DNA from: Parcubacteria group bacterium GW2011_GWB1_45_10
Lineage (GTDB): Bacteria; Patescibacteriota; Minisyncoccia; UBA6257; Brennerbacteraceae
Direction: 5' to 3'
Assembly (NCBI GenBank): GCA_001001185.1
Contig: LCKC01000006.1
Span: 1-43,543, forward strand
Length of the DNA stretch: 43,543 nucleotides
A program made the position numbers and the translations under genes. The notes under the pieces were generated by a model. The model saw nothing but the letters and a program-made list of their open reading frames with translations, was not told where the DNA came from and ran no database searches. Below are positions 6,481 to 13,833 of this stretch, piece by piece (within the stretch, counting starts at the first letter, position 1; each line of letters begins with the position of its first letter).

Positions 6481-7530
6481 CTAATTCAGCAAAAACTTGT
6501 CCAGGAAAAATATCATCAAGCCAAGGCTCGCGGCAATTGCCGAAACAATCCAAAAGCGCATGGTAATCTGCGGCTCAAGCCAGCCTTTGGCTTCAAAATG
6601 ATGGTGAATCGGCGCCGAGATGAAAACTTTCTTCTTGAAAAACTTTTTTGAAACCAGCTGAATAATGTCGGATAAAGACTCAACCACCAGAATAAAAGCG
6701 AAAAACGGCAAAAGAAACACGGAGTTGGTCAGAAGCGAAATGATGGCAATCGCTACACCCAAAGACATGGCGCCGGTGTCGCCCATAAAAAACCTTGCCG
6801 GATAAATGTTAAACCACAAAAAAGCAATCAAAGCGCCGATTAAACTGCCGGAAAACATTGCCAAGTCATACCTTTGGTTGGCAAACGCCACGACTGCCAG
6901 GCAAGACAGCGCAATCAAAGCCACGCCTTCAGCCAAGCCGTCCAGACCATTGGTCAGGTCCAGAGAAAAAGATGTCGCCACAACGACAAAAATGAAAAAC
7001 AAAGCGTACCAGAAAATGCCGATATAAACCTCGCCCAGAAAAGGCAGGTGCAAAACATCCCAGTTCAGCTTGGCGGCAAACCACCAGGCGCCGAGCAAAG
7101 CGACAACGCCGAAAAGCAAAATTCTTTCTTTCATACTGAAACCGTTTTTGCCGCGGAATTTGACAATGCCGGCAATGTCGTCCGCCGCGCCGACCAAAGC
7201 CGCCAAAACCATAGCCGCCAGAGGCAGATAGGTTTGCGACCGGGACAAAAAGTTGAGGTTGCCCCAGAAGCCGTCAAAGATTTGCGAAAGGCTGAAAAAA
7301 AGCAAAGAAACAATCACCACAGTGCCCCAGATAATCACCCCGGCCATGACTGGCGTGCCTTCTTTTGAAGCGTGCAGCCGGTTGAAAATCGGCGCGCCTT
7401 CTTTGGCAATGACTTTCCGGGTGTTGAGTTTTTTGATCAATTTCTCCACCGGCAAAACCAGAAACATGCCGACGGCAAAAGACAAAACGGAAACGGTCAA
7501 GAACCTGACGACTTGGATGATTTCTGTCAT
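6481..7530 (-). CDS. mraY: phospho-N-acetylmuramoyl-pentapeptide transferase
   Basis: 349 aa, polytopic membrane protein. Motifs NGLDGLA, MGDTGAMSLG and APIHHHFE. Confidence 0.95.
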   Translation of the reverse strand: MTEIIQVVRFLTVSVLSFAVGMFLVLPVEKLIKKLNTRKVIAKEGAPIFNRLHASKEGTPVMAGVIIWGTVVIVSLLFFSLSQIFDGFWGNLNFLSRSQTYLPLAAMVLAALVGAADDIAGIVKFRGKNGFSMKERILLFGVVALLGAWWFAAKLNWDVLHLPFLGEVYIGIFWYALFFIFVVVATSFSLDLTNGLDGLAEGVALIALSCLAVVAFANQRYDLAMFSGSLIGALIAFLWFNIYPARFFMGDTGAMSLGVAIAIISLLTNSVFLLPFFAFILVVESLSDIIQLVSKKFFKKKVFISAPIHHHFEAKGWLEPQITMRFWIVSAIAASLGLMIFFLDKFLLN

Positions 7531-7534
7531 AAAT

Positions 7535-7888
7535 TTATCTTTCTAAGTTTTCGCAAATTTCGGTTTCTTCAAAACGAATCTCCGAAGAAATATCGTTCAA
7601 AGCGACGATGGAAAAATATTTCACTTTTAAAGACAGCGATTTCGCCAAAGCAATCTCTTCGGCGACGCCTGGAGATATTTTACCAAAAACCCAGACTTCG
7701 TCAGAGATTTTCACCAGGCTGTTGTTGGCTTCAATCAATCTTTGTCTTTCAATGCTGTCCATCAAAAAATAAGAAAACATCATAAAAGCCGAAAGCGGGG
7801 TGTGGTTTTTTTCCAAAACAAACTTGGTGATGTACTCGCGAAGATAAAAATTCTCCCGGGCAAAAGCAGTGAAAACGATTTTTGACAT
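7535..7888 (-). CDS. hypothetical protein
   Basis: 117-aa ORF packed tightly between the DD-carboxypeptidase gene and mraY. No confident family assignment. Confidence 0.55.
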   Translation of the reverse strand: MSKIVFTAFARENFYLREYITKFVLEKNHTPLSAFMMFSYFLMDSIERQRLIEANNSLVKISDEVWVFGKISPGVAEEIALAKSLSLKVKYFSIVALNDISSEIRFEETEICENLER

Positions 7889-7892
7889 TGAT

Positions 7893-8831
7893 TTAATTCC
7901 GGTTTTTCCAGTACCAGTTAATCAGGCCCATGGTATCGCCGAACCGGTCTTGCGAACCGAGAACCACGCTCAAAACCATTTTTTTGTCGTCTTTGAACAC
8001 CACCAAAAGACTGCCCGAAGCTTCCGGGGTAAAGCCGGTTTTTGAACCGAAAATTCCCGGAATCCTTGAAACCAGAGTGTTTGTGTTTTTCAGGTTAAAA
8101 ACTTTGTTGTCCGGAGAAAGAATCTTAATTTCGCTGATTTTGGAAATCAAAAAAACCTCCTGGTTTGATTTCAAAATCGCTTCGGTTAAGTTTTTCAAAT
8201 CCATGGTTGTTGACAGGTTGTTGGACAGGCCAACCGGATCGTAAAAAAGCGTGTTGTTCATTTTCAGCTCCTGGGCTTTTTTATTCATCTCAAAAACAAA
8301 AAACTTGCTCCCTTCCGGAAAAACCGCTTTTGCCAAAGCCTGGGCTAAAACATTGTCCGAACGAATCAAGATGAAATAAAAAGCTTCTTCAAGGCTGAAG
8401 TTGTCCCCGTCTCTCAAGTCTGGGTAAGGATTTTCAAGCTTCAGGTCTTCTTCAAAAACGAAAAACCTCTGTTTTTTGTCAGTGACGTTTTCCGAAGCGA
8501 CCAAAGCCGTCATCAGCTTGGTCAAAGAAGCAATCAGCAGTTTTTTCTCCGGCTCCTTGGCAAAAAGCGTTTTCTTGTTGGTCAGGTCGTACAAAAGCCC
8601 TGATTCAGCGCTGATTTCCGGAGCCGCAGACAAGCCGCTGATTGATGCCGGGAAAAAGTTCAGCGGCAAGTAAGTCACCAAAGGATATTTGGGTTTTGGG
8701 CTCGAAAAAGAAAAGCTCGGCGGCGGCGGCGCCTGGTTTACCGGCCGGACGCCAAGATAAAAAACGCCGGCAAAAATGGAAAAAAGGAAAAAACCGATTC
8801 CCAGAAGATATTTAAAGTTGTCCCTCTCCAT
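7893..8831 (-). CDS. D-alanyl-D-alanine carboxypeptidase (S11, PBP5-like)
   Basis: N-terminal TM segment. Motifs SLTK (SxxK), SDN (SxN) and KTG (KTGFT). Confidence 0.85.
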   Translation of the reverse strand: MERDNFKYLLGIGFFLFSIFAGVFYLGVRPVNQAPPPPSFSFSSPKPKYPLVTYLPLNFFPASISGLSAAPEISAESGLLYDLTNKKTLFAKEPEKKLLIASLTKLMTALVASENVTDKKQRFFVFEEDLKLENPYPDLRDGDNFSLEEAFYFILIRSDNVLAQALAKAVFPEGSKFFVFEMNKKAQELKMNNTLFYDPVGLSNNLSTTMDLKNLTEAILKSNQEVFLISKISEIKILSPDNKVFNLKNTNTLVSRIPGIFGSKTGFTPEASGSLLVVFKDDKKMVLSVVLGSQDRFGDTMGLINWYWKNRN

Positions 8832-9378
8832 TGTCTGTTTGTTTGATTAAATCAACCAAGCGTTGGTTCAGTGTTTCAAACTCCGGCAAATCTTTTTGAT
8901 TTGCCAAACCAAGCAGCTTCAAAAGTTCAAAAGACGGCTGGTACAAAAACGACAGACCCGACTTTTCTCTTTGGACCAAGCCCCTCATCAGCAAAGACCT
9001 TAAAATATAACTGGAGTTGACGCCGCGGATAAAATCAATTTCCGGACGCGAAATCGGCGCCCGATAAAGAATAATCGTCAAAACCTCAAGGCTTGAAGGC
9101 GTCAGGTCTTCTTCGGTGTCCTGACCCAAAAACTTTTCCAGGTAAGGATGATTTTCCGGTCTGGCGCCAAGCTGGATCTCTGTCTCGGTTCTGAGCAAAA
9201 CCAAACCCGAACTCGGGTTATTTGAAATTTTATCATGATATTCGGAAATCAGCTCTTTGAGCGCGACTTCCGAAAGATTCATTAATTCGCCGAGTTTTTT
9301 CACGGCTAACGGCTCGCCGTAAGCAAAAAGAATTGATTCAAGGATTGAAATTCGTTTTTGTTTTTCTTCGTCGGTCAT
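8812..9378 (-). CDS. scpB: segregation and condensation protein B
   Basis: 188 aa. Contains ILESILFAYGEPL and a winged-helix pattern, and lies downstream of scpA. Confidence 0.9.
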   Translation of the reverse strand: MTDEEKQKRISILESILFAYGEPLAVKKLGELMNLSEVALKELISEYHDKISNNPSSGLVLLRTETEIQLGARPENHPYLEKFLGQDTEEDLTPSSLEVLTIILYRAPISRPEIDFIRGVNSSYILRSLLMRGLVQREKSGLSFLYQPSFELLKLLGLANQKDLPEFETLNQRLVDLIKQTDNGEGQL

Positions 9379-10079
9379 GGCTGGTGGAGTTTCATTATTT
9401 TTATTTCACCAAAATCTTTAGCCTGCGAGAGCATGATGTTTTTTTCGCGGAACAGGAACAAAACCGCCAGAAAATTGATAATCACGTCAATCTTTTTCAT
9501 TGAACCGCCGGCAAGCGTATTAAAGCTCAAAACGGCCCGCGACTCGATTTTCAGAATAATTTCTTTGATTCTTTCTTCAACCGAAACCACCCGTTCAAGA
9601 TAACCGGACACTTTCGGAAGCAAAAACTTTTCCAAGGACAAAGACAGCTTTTTAAAAGCCTCAACCAGGCTTTCCAGGTCCAGGCGCTTGGGCGGTGAAA
9701 AAACCGGCTCCCGGCCCTGCCAAAGCTCTCTGGTAAAAATGCGGCTCTTGTTTGCCAAAATCTCTTTGACGATTTTGGCCTGATTTTTATACCGCCGATA
9801 CTCTTGCATCGCGTTTTCCAGGTCTTTTATCTCCGCTTCCTCTTCCTCGGTCAGATCAAGCATCGGCAAAAGTGTTTTTGATTTTATCAAAAGCAGGCGC
9901 GAAGCAACAACCAAAAAATCCGCCAGCTCGTTCGGGCTAAACTCCTGCTGGCTGATAATTTCCAGATATTGGTCAGTGACCTCGGCCAAAGCCACTTCGC
10001 AGATATCAAGTTTTTGCTGTTCAATCAGCTCAAGCAAAAGATCCAGCGGCCCTTCAAATTTTTCAATTTTTATCTTCAT
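9375..10079 (-). CDS. scpA: segregation and condensation protein A
   Basis: 234 aa with the FEGPLDLLLELIEQQKLDI N-terminus. Confidence 0.9.
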   Translation of the reverse strand: MKIKIEKFEGPLDLLLELIEQQKLDICEVALAEVTDQYLEIISQQEFSPNELADFLVVASRLLLIKSKTLLPMLDLTEEEEAEIKDLENAMQEYRRYKNQAKIVKEILANKSRIFTRELWQGREPVFSPPKRLDLESLVEAFKKLSLSLEKFLLPKVSGYLERVVSVEERIKEIILKIESRAVLSFNTLAGGSMKKIDVIINFLAVLFLFREKNIMLSQAKDFGEIKIMKLHQP

Positions 10080-10173
10080 CCCGTTAGAAGTTCCGGAATG
10101 ACCGTTTAATTGAACATTCGAATAAAGTTTTTGTTTGTTTTGCTAATAACATATCAAAGAATAACGATTACTT
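10075..10173. repeat. 99-bp leader element, copy A (identical to 12930-13028)
   Basis: Base-by-base identity over 99 nt. It contains ATCCCGTTAGAA at the scpA start and overlaps the 3' end of secA. Confidence 0.95.
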
Positions 10174-12586
10174 TGATAAGCCTTCCCAAGCTCAAAAAAA
10201 TGTTCCAGGAAAAATTGTCCAGAAGCTCTTTGAACATTTTATGGCCTTCATGCTTGTATTCAGAGATTGGCTGATGCTGAGCGTAATTTCTCAACCTGAC
10301 GGTGTCGGTTAAGTGTTCCATTGCCTCAAGGTGGTCTGTCCAAAGAATGTCCATAATCTGGAGCAGTCCGACTCTCAAAAACTCCGGGTCTTTCATCTCG
10401 GTTTTTTCAAAGAAAAACTTGGCGACCGATTGTTTCAGACTTTCGGGAGAATCAAACTCGTTTTTCAGACTTTGTGACAGATTAGTCAATGAATCAAGTT
10501 CACGCCAAACCGCATCTTTGTCAAAAGTTTCGCGAACCCGGCTTGAAATAAACAGCTCAAGAGCTTCGTCAATGGTTTTTTTCATAATTTCCTTCAGCTT
10601 TCCGCTATCGGCCGCCAAAATCTCTTTTCGCTTCCGGTAAATGGCATCTCTTTGCTTGTTCAAAACATCGTCATATTCAAGAATGTATTTTCTGGTGTCA
10701 AAGTTCGCGCCTTCAACCTTTTGCTGGGCTGAATCAAGCGCCTTGGAAACAAACTCGCTTTCAATCGGCTGGTCTTCAGGAAGCTTTAATCTCTGAATCA
10801 AACCGCGGATTTTGTCCGAACCGAAGATTCTCATCAAGTCGTCTTCCAAAGAAACAAAAAAAGAGGTTGAACCCGGATCGCCTTGGCGGCCGGAACGCCC
10901 GCGGAGCTGATTGTCAATTCTTCTGGCTTCGTGCCTTTCCGTGCCAATGACGTGAAGTCCGCCAAGACTTTTTATCAAATCTGATTCTTCGGCGGTTGAA
11001 GGATTGCCGCCCAGGATAATGTCCACGCCGCGGCCAGCCATGTTCGTCGCCACCGTGACTGCGCCTTTTTTGCCGGCTTGGGCAATCACCTCGGCTTCTT
11101 TTTCGTGCTGCTTGGCGTTTAAAACATTATGAGAGACACCCTGTCTTTTGAGCAAAGCTGACAGATGCTCGTTTTTTTCAATCGAAACCGTGCCGATTAA
11201 AACCGGCTGGCCTTTTTCATGCTTGTCTTTAACTTCTTTTACCAGCCAGTCAAACTTCGCTTTTTCCGTGACAAAAATCTTGTCGGAAAAATCCTTCCTG
11301 ACCAAAGGCTTATTCGGCGGAATCGGCAAAACATCCAGAAAATAAACCTTGGCAAACTCTTCACTTGAGGTCAGGGCCGTGCCGGTCATGCCGGAAAGAA
11401 TCTGATACATCCTGAAGTAATTCTGAATCGTGATGGTTGCTGAGGTCCGTGACTCTTCCTGGACGCGCAAGCCTTCTTTGGCTTCAATCGCTTGGTGCAG
11501 GCCGCCCGAATACCTCCGGCCGTGCATCAACCTGCCGGTGAACTCGTCGACAATGACGACTTCGCCGTCTTTGACAACGTAATTTTTGTCCCGCTTGAAC
11601 AAAAAATAAGCTTTCAAAGACTCTTCAAGGTGGTGAACCAAAACCAGATTATTGTCTTCGTAAATATCCCGGCCAAAAAGATCTTTGATTCTTTCAATCC
11701 CGGAATCCGTCAAAAACACAGAGTGCTTTTTTTCGTCAATCTCAACGTCTTTTTCCGCGTTCAAGCGGGGAACCGCCAAGGCAAACTCCCGATAAATCTT
11801 GGCGGCGTCCATGTCGGGCGAAGCAATAATCAAAGGCGTTCGGGCTTCGTCAATCAAAATACTGTCAACTTCGTCAATAATCGCAAAATAAAGCTCGCGC
11901 TGGGCCAGGTCGTCTTTCCGGTAAACCAAATTGTCTCTGAGGTAATCAAAACCGAACTGATGGTTGGTGCCATAGACAATCTCGGCCTGATAAACTTCTC
12001 TTCTTGAAACCGGCCTCAAAAAATCGTGAAAAACTTTGAAGCTGCCCAAGCTATCTCTTTGCCTGTCTTCCTGGGGTTCGCTCTTCCACTCGGGGTCGTA
12101 CAAAAAAGAGTTTTCATGGATCAAGCAGCCGACTTTGAGTCCCAAGAAGTGATAGATCTGTCCCATCCAAACCGTGTCACGCTGAGCCAGATAATCATTG
12201 ACCGTAATGATATGAACGCCCTTGCCGGTCAGGCCGTGAAGATAAGCCGGCAGGGTCGCGGCCAAAGTTTTGCCTTCGCCGGTTTTCATTTCCGCAATCT
12301 TCCCCTGGCTCAAAACCGCGCCGCCGACAATCTGCGAATCAAAATGTCTCTGGTTCAAAGTTCTTTTGGCGGCTTCCCTGACCAAAGCAAAAGCTTCCGG
12401 CATGAGCGTTTCCAGAGATTCGTTTTCCGCCCTTGCCTTCAACTCAAGGCTTTTTGCCTGAATCGCTTTGGCATCAAGCGAAGAAAAATCTTTTTCCAGT
12501 TCATTAACCGACTTAACCAAAGGCAAGAGCTTTTCAATCGCTTTTTGATTTGCGTCTTTAAAAATTGTTTTGAAAACTTTCAGCAC
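10154..12586 (-). CDS. secA: preprotein translocase ATPase SecA (no C-terminal Zn-finger tail)
   Basis: 810 aa. Motifs MKTGEGKTL, DEVDSILIDEARTPLIIS and TNMAGRGVDI. The GTG start abuts the hpf stop codon. Confidence 0.97.
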   Translation of the reverse strand: MLKVFKTIFKDANQKAIEKLLPLVKSVNELEKDFSSLDAKAIQAKSLELKARAENESLETLMPEAFALVREAAKRTLNQRHFDSQIVGGAVLSQGKIAEMKTGEGKTLAATLPAYLHGLTGKGVHIITVNDYLAQRDTVWMGQIYHFLGLKVGCLIHENSFLYDPEWKSEPQEDRQRDSLGSFKVFHDFLRPVSRREVYQAEIVYGTNHQFGFDYLRDNLVYRKDDLAQRELYFAIIDEVDSILIDEARTPLIIASPDMDAAKIYREFALAVPRLNAEKDVEIDEKKHSVFLTDSGIERIKDLFGRDIYEDNNLVLVHHLEESLKAYFLFKRDKNYVVKDGEVVIVDEFTGRLMHGRRYSGGLHQAIEAKEGLRVQEESRTSATITIQNYFRMYQILSGMTGTALTSSEEFAKVYFLDVLPIPPNKPLVRKDFSDKIFVTEKAKFDWLVKEVKDKHEKGQPVLIGTVSIEKNEHLSALLKRQGVSHNVLNAKQHEKEAEVIAQAGKKGAVTVATNMAGRGVDIILGGNPSTAEESDLIKSLGGLHVIGTERHEARRIDNQLRGRSGRQGDPGSTSFFVSLEDDLMRIFGSDKIRGLIQRLKLPEDQPIESEFVSKALDSAQQKVEGANFDTRKYILEYDDVLNKQRDAIYRKRKEILAADSGKLKEIMKKTIDEALELFISSRVRETFDKDAVWRELDSLTNLSQSLKNEFDSPESLKQSVAKFFFEKTEMKDPEFLRVGLLQIMDILWTDHLEAMEHLTDTVRLRNYAQHQPISEYKHEGHKMFKELLDNFSWNIFLSLGRLIKVIVIL

Positions 12587-12934
12587 TTATTTGGATTCTT
12601 TCAGCCGGCGAGCCTTGTCCCTTGACCCAACCAAAGATTTTTCTTTTTCGGTTTTCAGCTGCCTCAAAATCTCTGATTCAACCACATCAATCAAGGCGTA
12701 AACATCCTCGCCTTTTTCCTGGCTGCGGATTATTTTTGCCGGCAGGTAAAGGTTCAAAACCAGCTCCAGTCTTTCGCCTTCGCGGCGATGGGAGATTCTT
12801 GAGATGGAGACGTTAAATAAAAAGTTTTTGCCGAACCTTTTGGCGAACTTTTCAATCTTTTCAAGCTTTAAGTTCAGGTAGCTGCGGATCTGCGACGTGA
12901 GCGTAAAATCATTGCTTGAAATTTGAAGTTTCAT
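12587..12934 (-). CDS. hpf: ribosome hibernation promoting factor / RaiA family
   Basis: 115 aa, S30AE-like fold pattern, conserved position upstream of secA. Confidence 0.8.
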   Translation of the reverse strand: MKLQISSNDFTLTSQIRSYLNLKLEKIEKFAKRFGKNFLFNVSISRISHRREGERLELVLNLYLPAKIIRSQEKGEDVYALIDVVESEILRQLKTEKEKSLVGSRDKARRLKESK

Positions 12935-13028
12935 CCCGTTAGAAGTTCCGGAATGACCGTTTAATTGAACATTCGAATAAAGTTTTTGTTTGTTTTGCTA
13001 ATAACATATCAAAGAATAACGATTACTT
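12930..13028. repeat. 99-bp leader element, copy B
   Basis: Identical to 10075-10173 at an offset of 2855 bp. It is followed by a decayed distal arm, TTCGGGAC (13027-13034). Confidence 0.95.
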
Positions 13029-13051
13029 CGGGACTGGGTTAAGTGCTGAAA

Positions 13052-13174
13052 CTATCTTCTCTTGGCAGCTTTTCTTCTTCTTTTCGGGGCTGCCTTTTTC
13101 GCGGCTTTCTTGGCCGGGCGCCTTCTTTTTGGCGCCGCTTTTTTCGCCGCCGCTTTTCTTCTTCTTACGGGCAT
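13052..13174 (-). CDS. 40-aa Lys/Arg/Ala-repeat basic protein (histone H1-like composition)
   Basis: From the ATG at 13174: MPVRRRKAAAKKAAPKRRRPAKKAAKKAAPKRRRKAAKRR*, with KKAAPKRRR occurring twice. A putative promoter lies upstream. The TTG-extended 64-aa version is less likely. Confidence 0.45.
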   Translation of the reverse strand: MPVRRRKAAAKKAAPKRRRPAKKAAKKAAPKRRRKAAKRR

Positions 13175-13278
13175 GGTTTTGAATTTTTTAATTGATAAAC
13201 GCCGACCGATCCCGCCTTGCGAAGACTGAACGTTTACCACTGACAAACTTGGGAACCGAATTAATAACTTATATCTTA

Positions 13279-13307
13279 ATTTTAAAGATATAAATCATCT
13301 TTGACAA
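13279..13307 (-). promoter_or_regulatory. putative promoter for the basic-peptide/hpf/secA operon
   Basis: On the minus strand: TTGTCA (13307-13302), 17-nt spacer, TAAAAT (13284-13279). A perfect DnaA-box 9-mer TGTGGATAA lies at 13309-13317. Confidence 0.45.
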
Positions 13308-13499
13308 CTGTGGATAACTTTTTTTTAAAGATTTTTTCAAAAAAGTTTAAATCAAGAGAACGGTTGAGTTTCAAAAAACATGACTTTCTTGATGGTTAAA
13401 AATCAAAACCGCAAACCACAATCAAAGAAATCAAAAAACCGCCCGGAAAAAGAGGTTGGTTGACGTTTTTGGGGTTAGATTTTAAGAGGTCGGAAAGAA

Positions 13500-13528
13500 T
13501 TGCTTTGTTTTAAGCTTTTATTTATAAT
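13500..13528 (+). promoter_or_regulatory. putative promoter P1
   Basis: TTGCTT (13500-13505), 17-nt spacer, TATAAT (13523-13528). Confidence 0.45.
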
Positions 13529-13551
13529 GAGTTAACTCGGGATAAAAACGC

Positions 13552-13634
13552 CTGCTTGCTTCAACCCCTGCTGGACAGCACTCACTAAAATCATACGATA
13601 GGAGTAAACTTCCAGCAGGGATTCAAGCAAACAG
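13552..13634. other. long hairpin (24-position stem, 35-nt loop)
   Basis: Arms 13552-13575 and 13611-13634, 21/24 Watson-Crick pairs. Two of the three mismatches become G-U in minus-strand RNA, where the stem is followed by GCGTTTTTAT. Confidence 0.5.
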
Positions 13635-13672
13635 CTTTGATTGGTCAGTCCCACCCCAAATTGTCTGAAAGA

Positions 13673-13701
13673 TTGACTTTCCTTAAAAACCGTGCTATAA
13701 T
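13673..13701 (+). promoter_or_regulatory. near-consensus promoter P2 with extended -10
   Basis: TTGACT (13673-13678), 17-nt spacer ending in TGc, TATAAT (13696-13701). Confidence 0.65.
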
Positions 13702-13768
13702 GCCTTTTAGTGAGTGCCGTTCAATTAGTTGCGCAAGCAGCCAAGAGAACAGCTCCAATCGTATGTGA

Positions 13769-13799
13769 CTACGCTCCCGCTCTGCGGGAGCGTAGTTTT
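13769..13799 (+). terminator. strong intrinsic terminator inside the leader of 13834..15213
   Basis: 12-bp stem CTACGCTCCCGC/GCGGGAGCGTAG, loop TCT, then TTTT. It lies 35 nt before the ATG. Confidence 0.8.
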
Positions 13800-13833
13800 G
13801 TGATACGCAGATTTTTTTGCTATGATTGAATAA

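Noticed and set aside
10302-12625. Several 63-199-aa ORFs antisense to secA (for example 11492..12007 and 12026..12625), with similar antisense ORFs inside rpoB, rpoC, ftsK, mraY, recA, the clpB-like gene and uvrB
   Set aside because: They lie opposite strongly conserved genes, have low-complexity or Arg/Phe-rich translations, and have no start signals. These are typical shadow ORFs.
13250-13480. Chromosomal origin (oriC)
   Set aside because: There is only one perfect DnaA box, and no dnaA or dnaN nearby. rpoBC, recA and the ribosomal genes further right are on the minus strand, which would make them head-on to a fork leaving this site. This cannot be settled without genome-wide GC skew.
13708-13799. 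SRP (4.5S) RNA, suggested by AAGCAGCCAAG at 13734-13744, which matches the E. coli helix-8 3' strand
   Set aside because: The 5' strand lacks the complementary GG/AGG elements. The GCAA tetraloop is out of register with the motif. The 5' and 3' ends do not pair into the long SRP hairpin.
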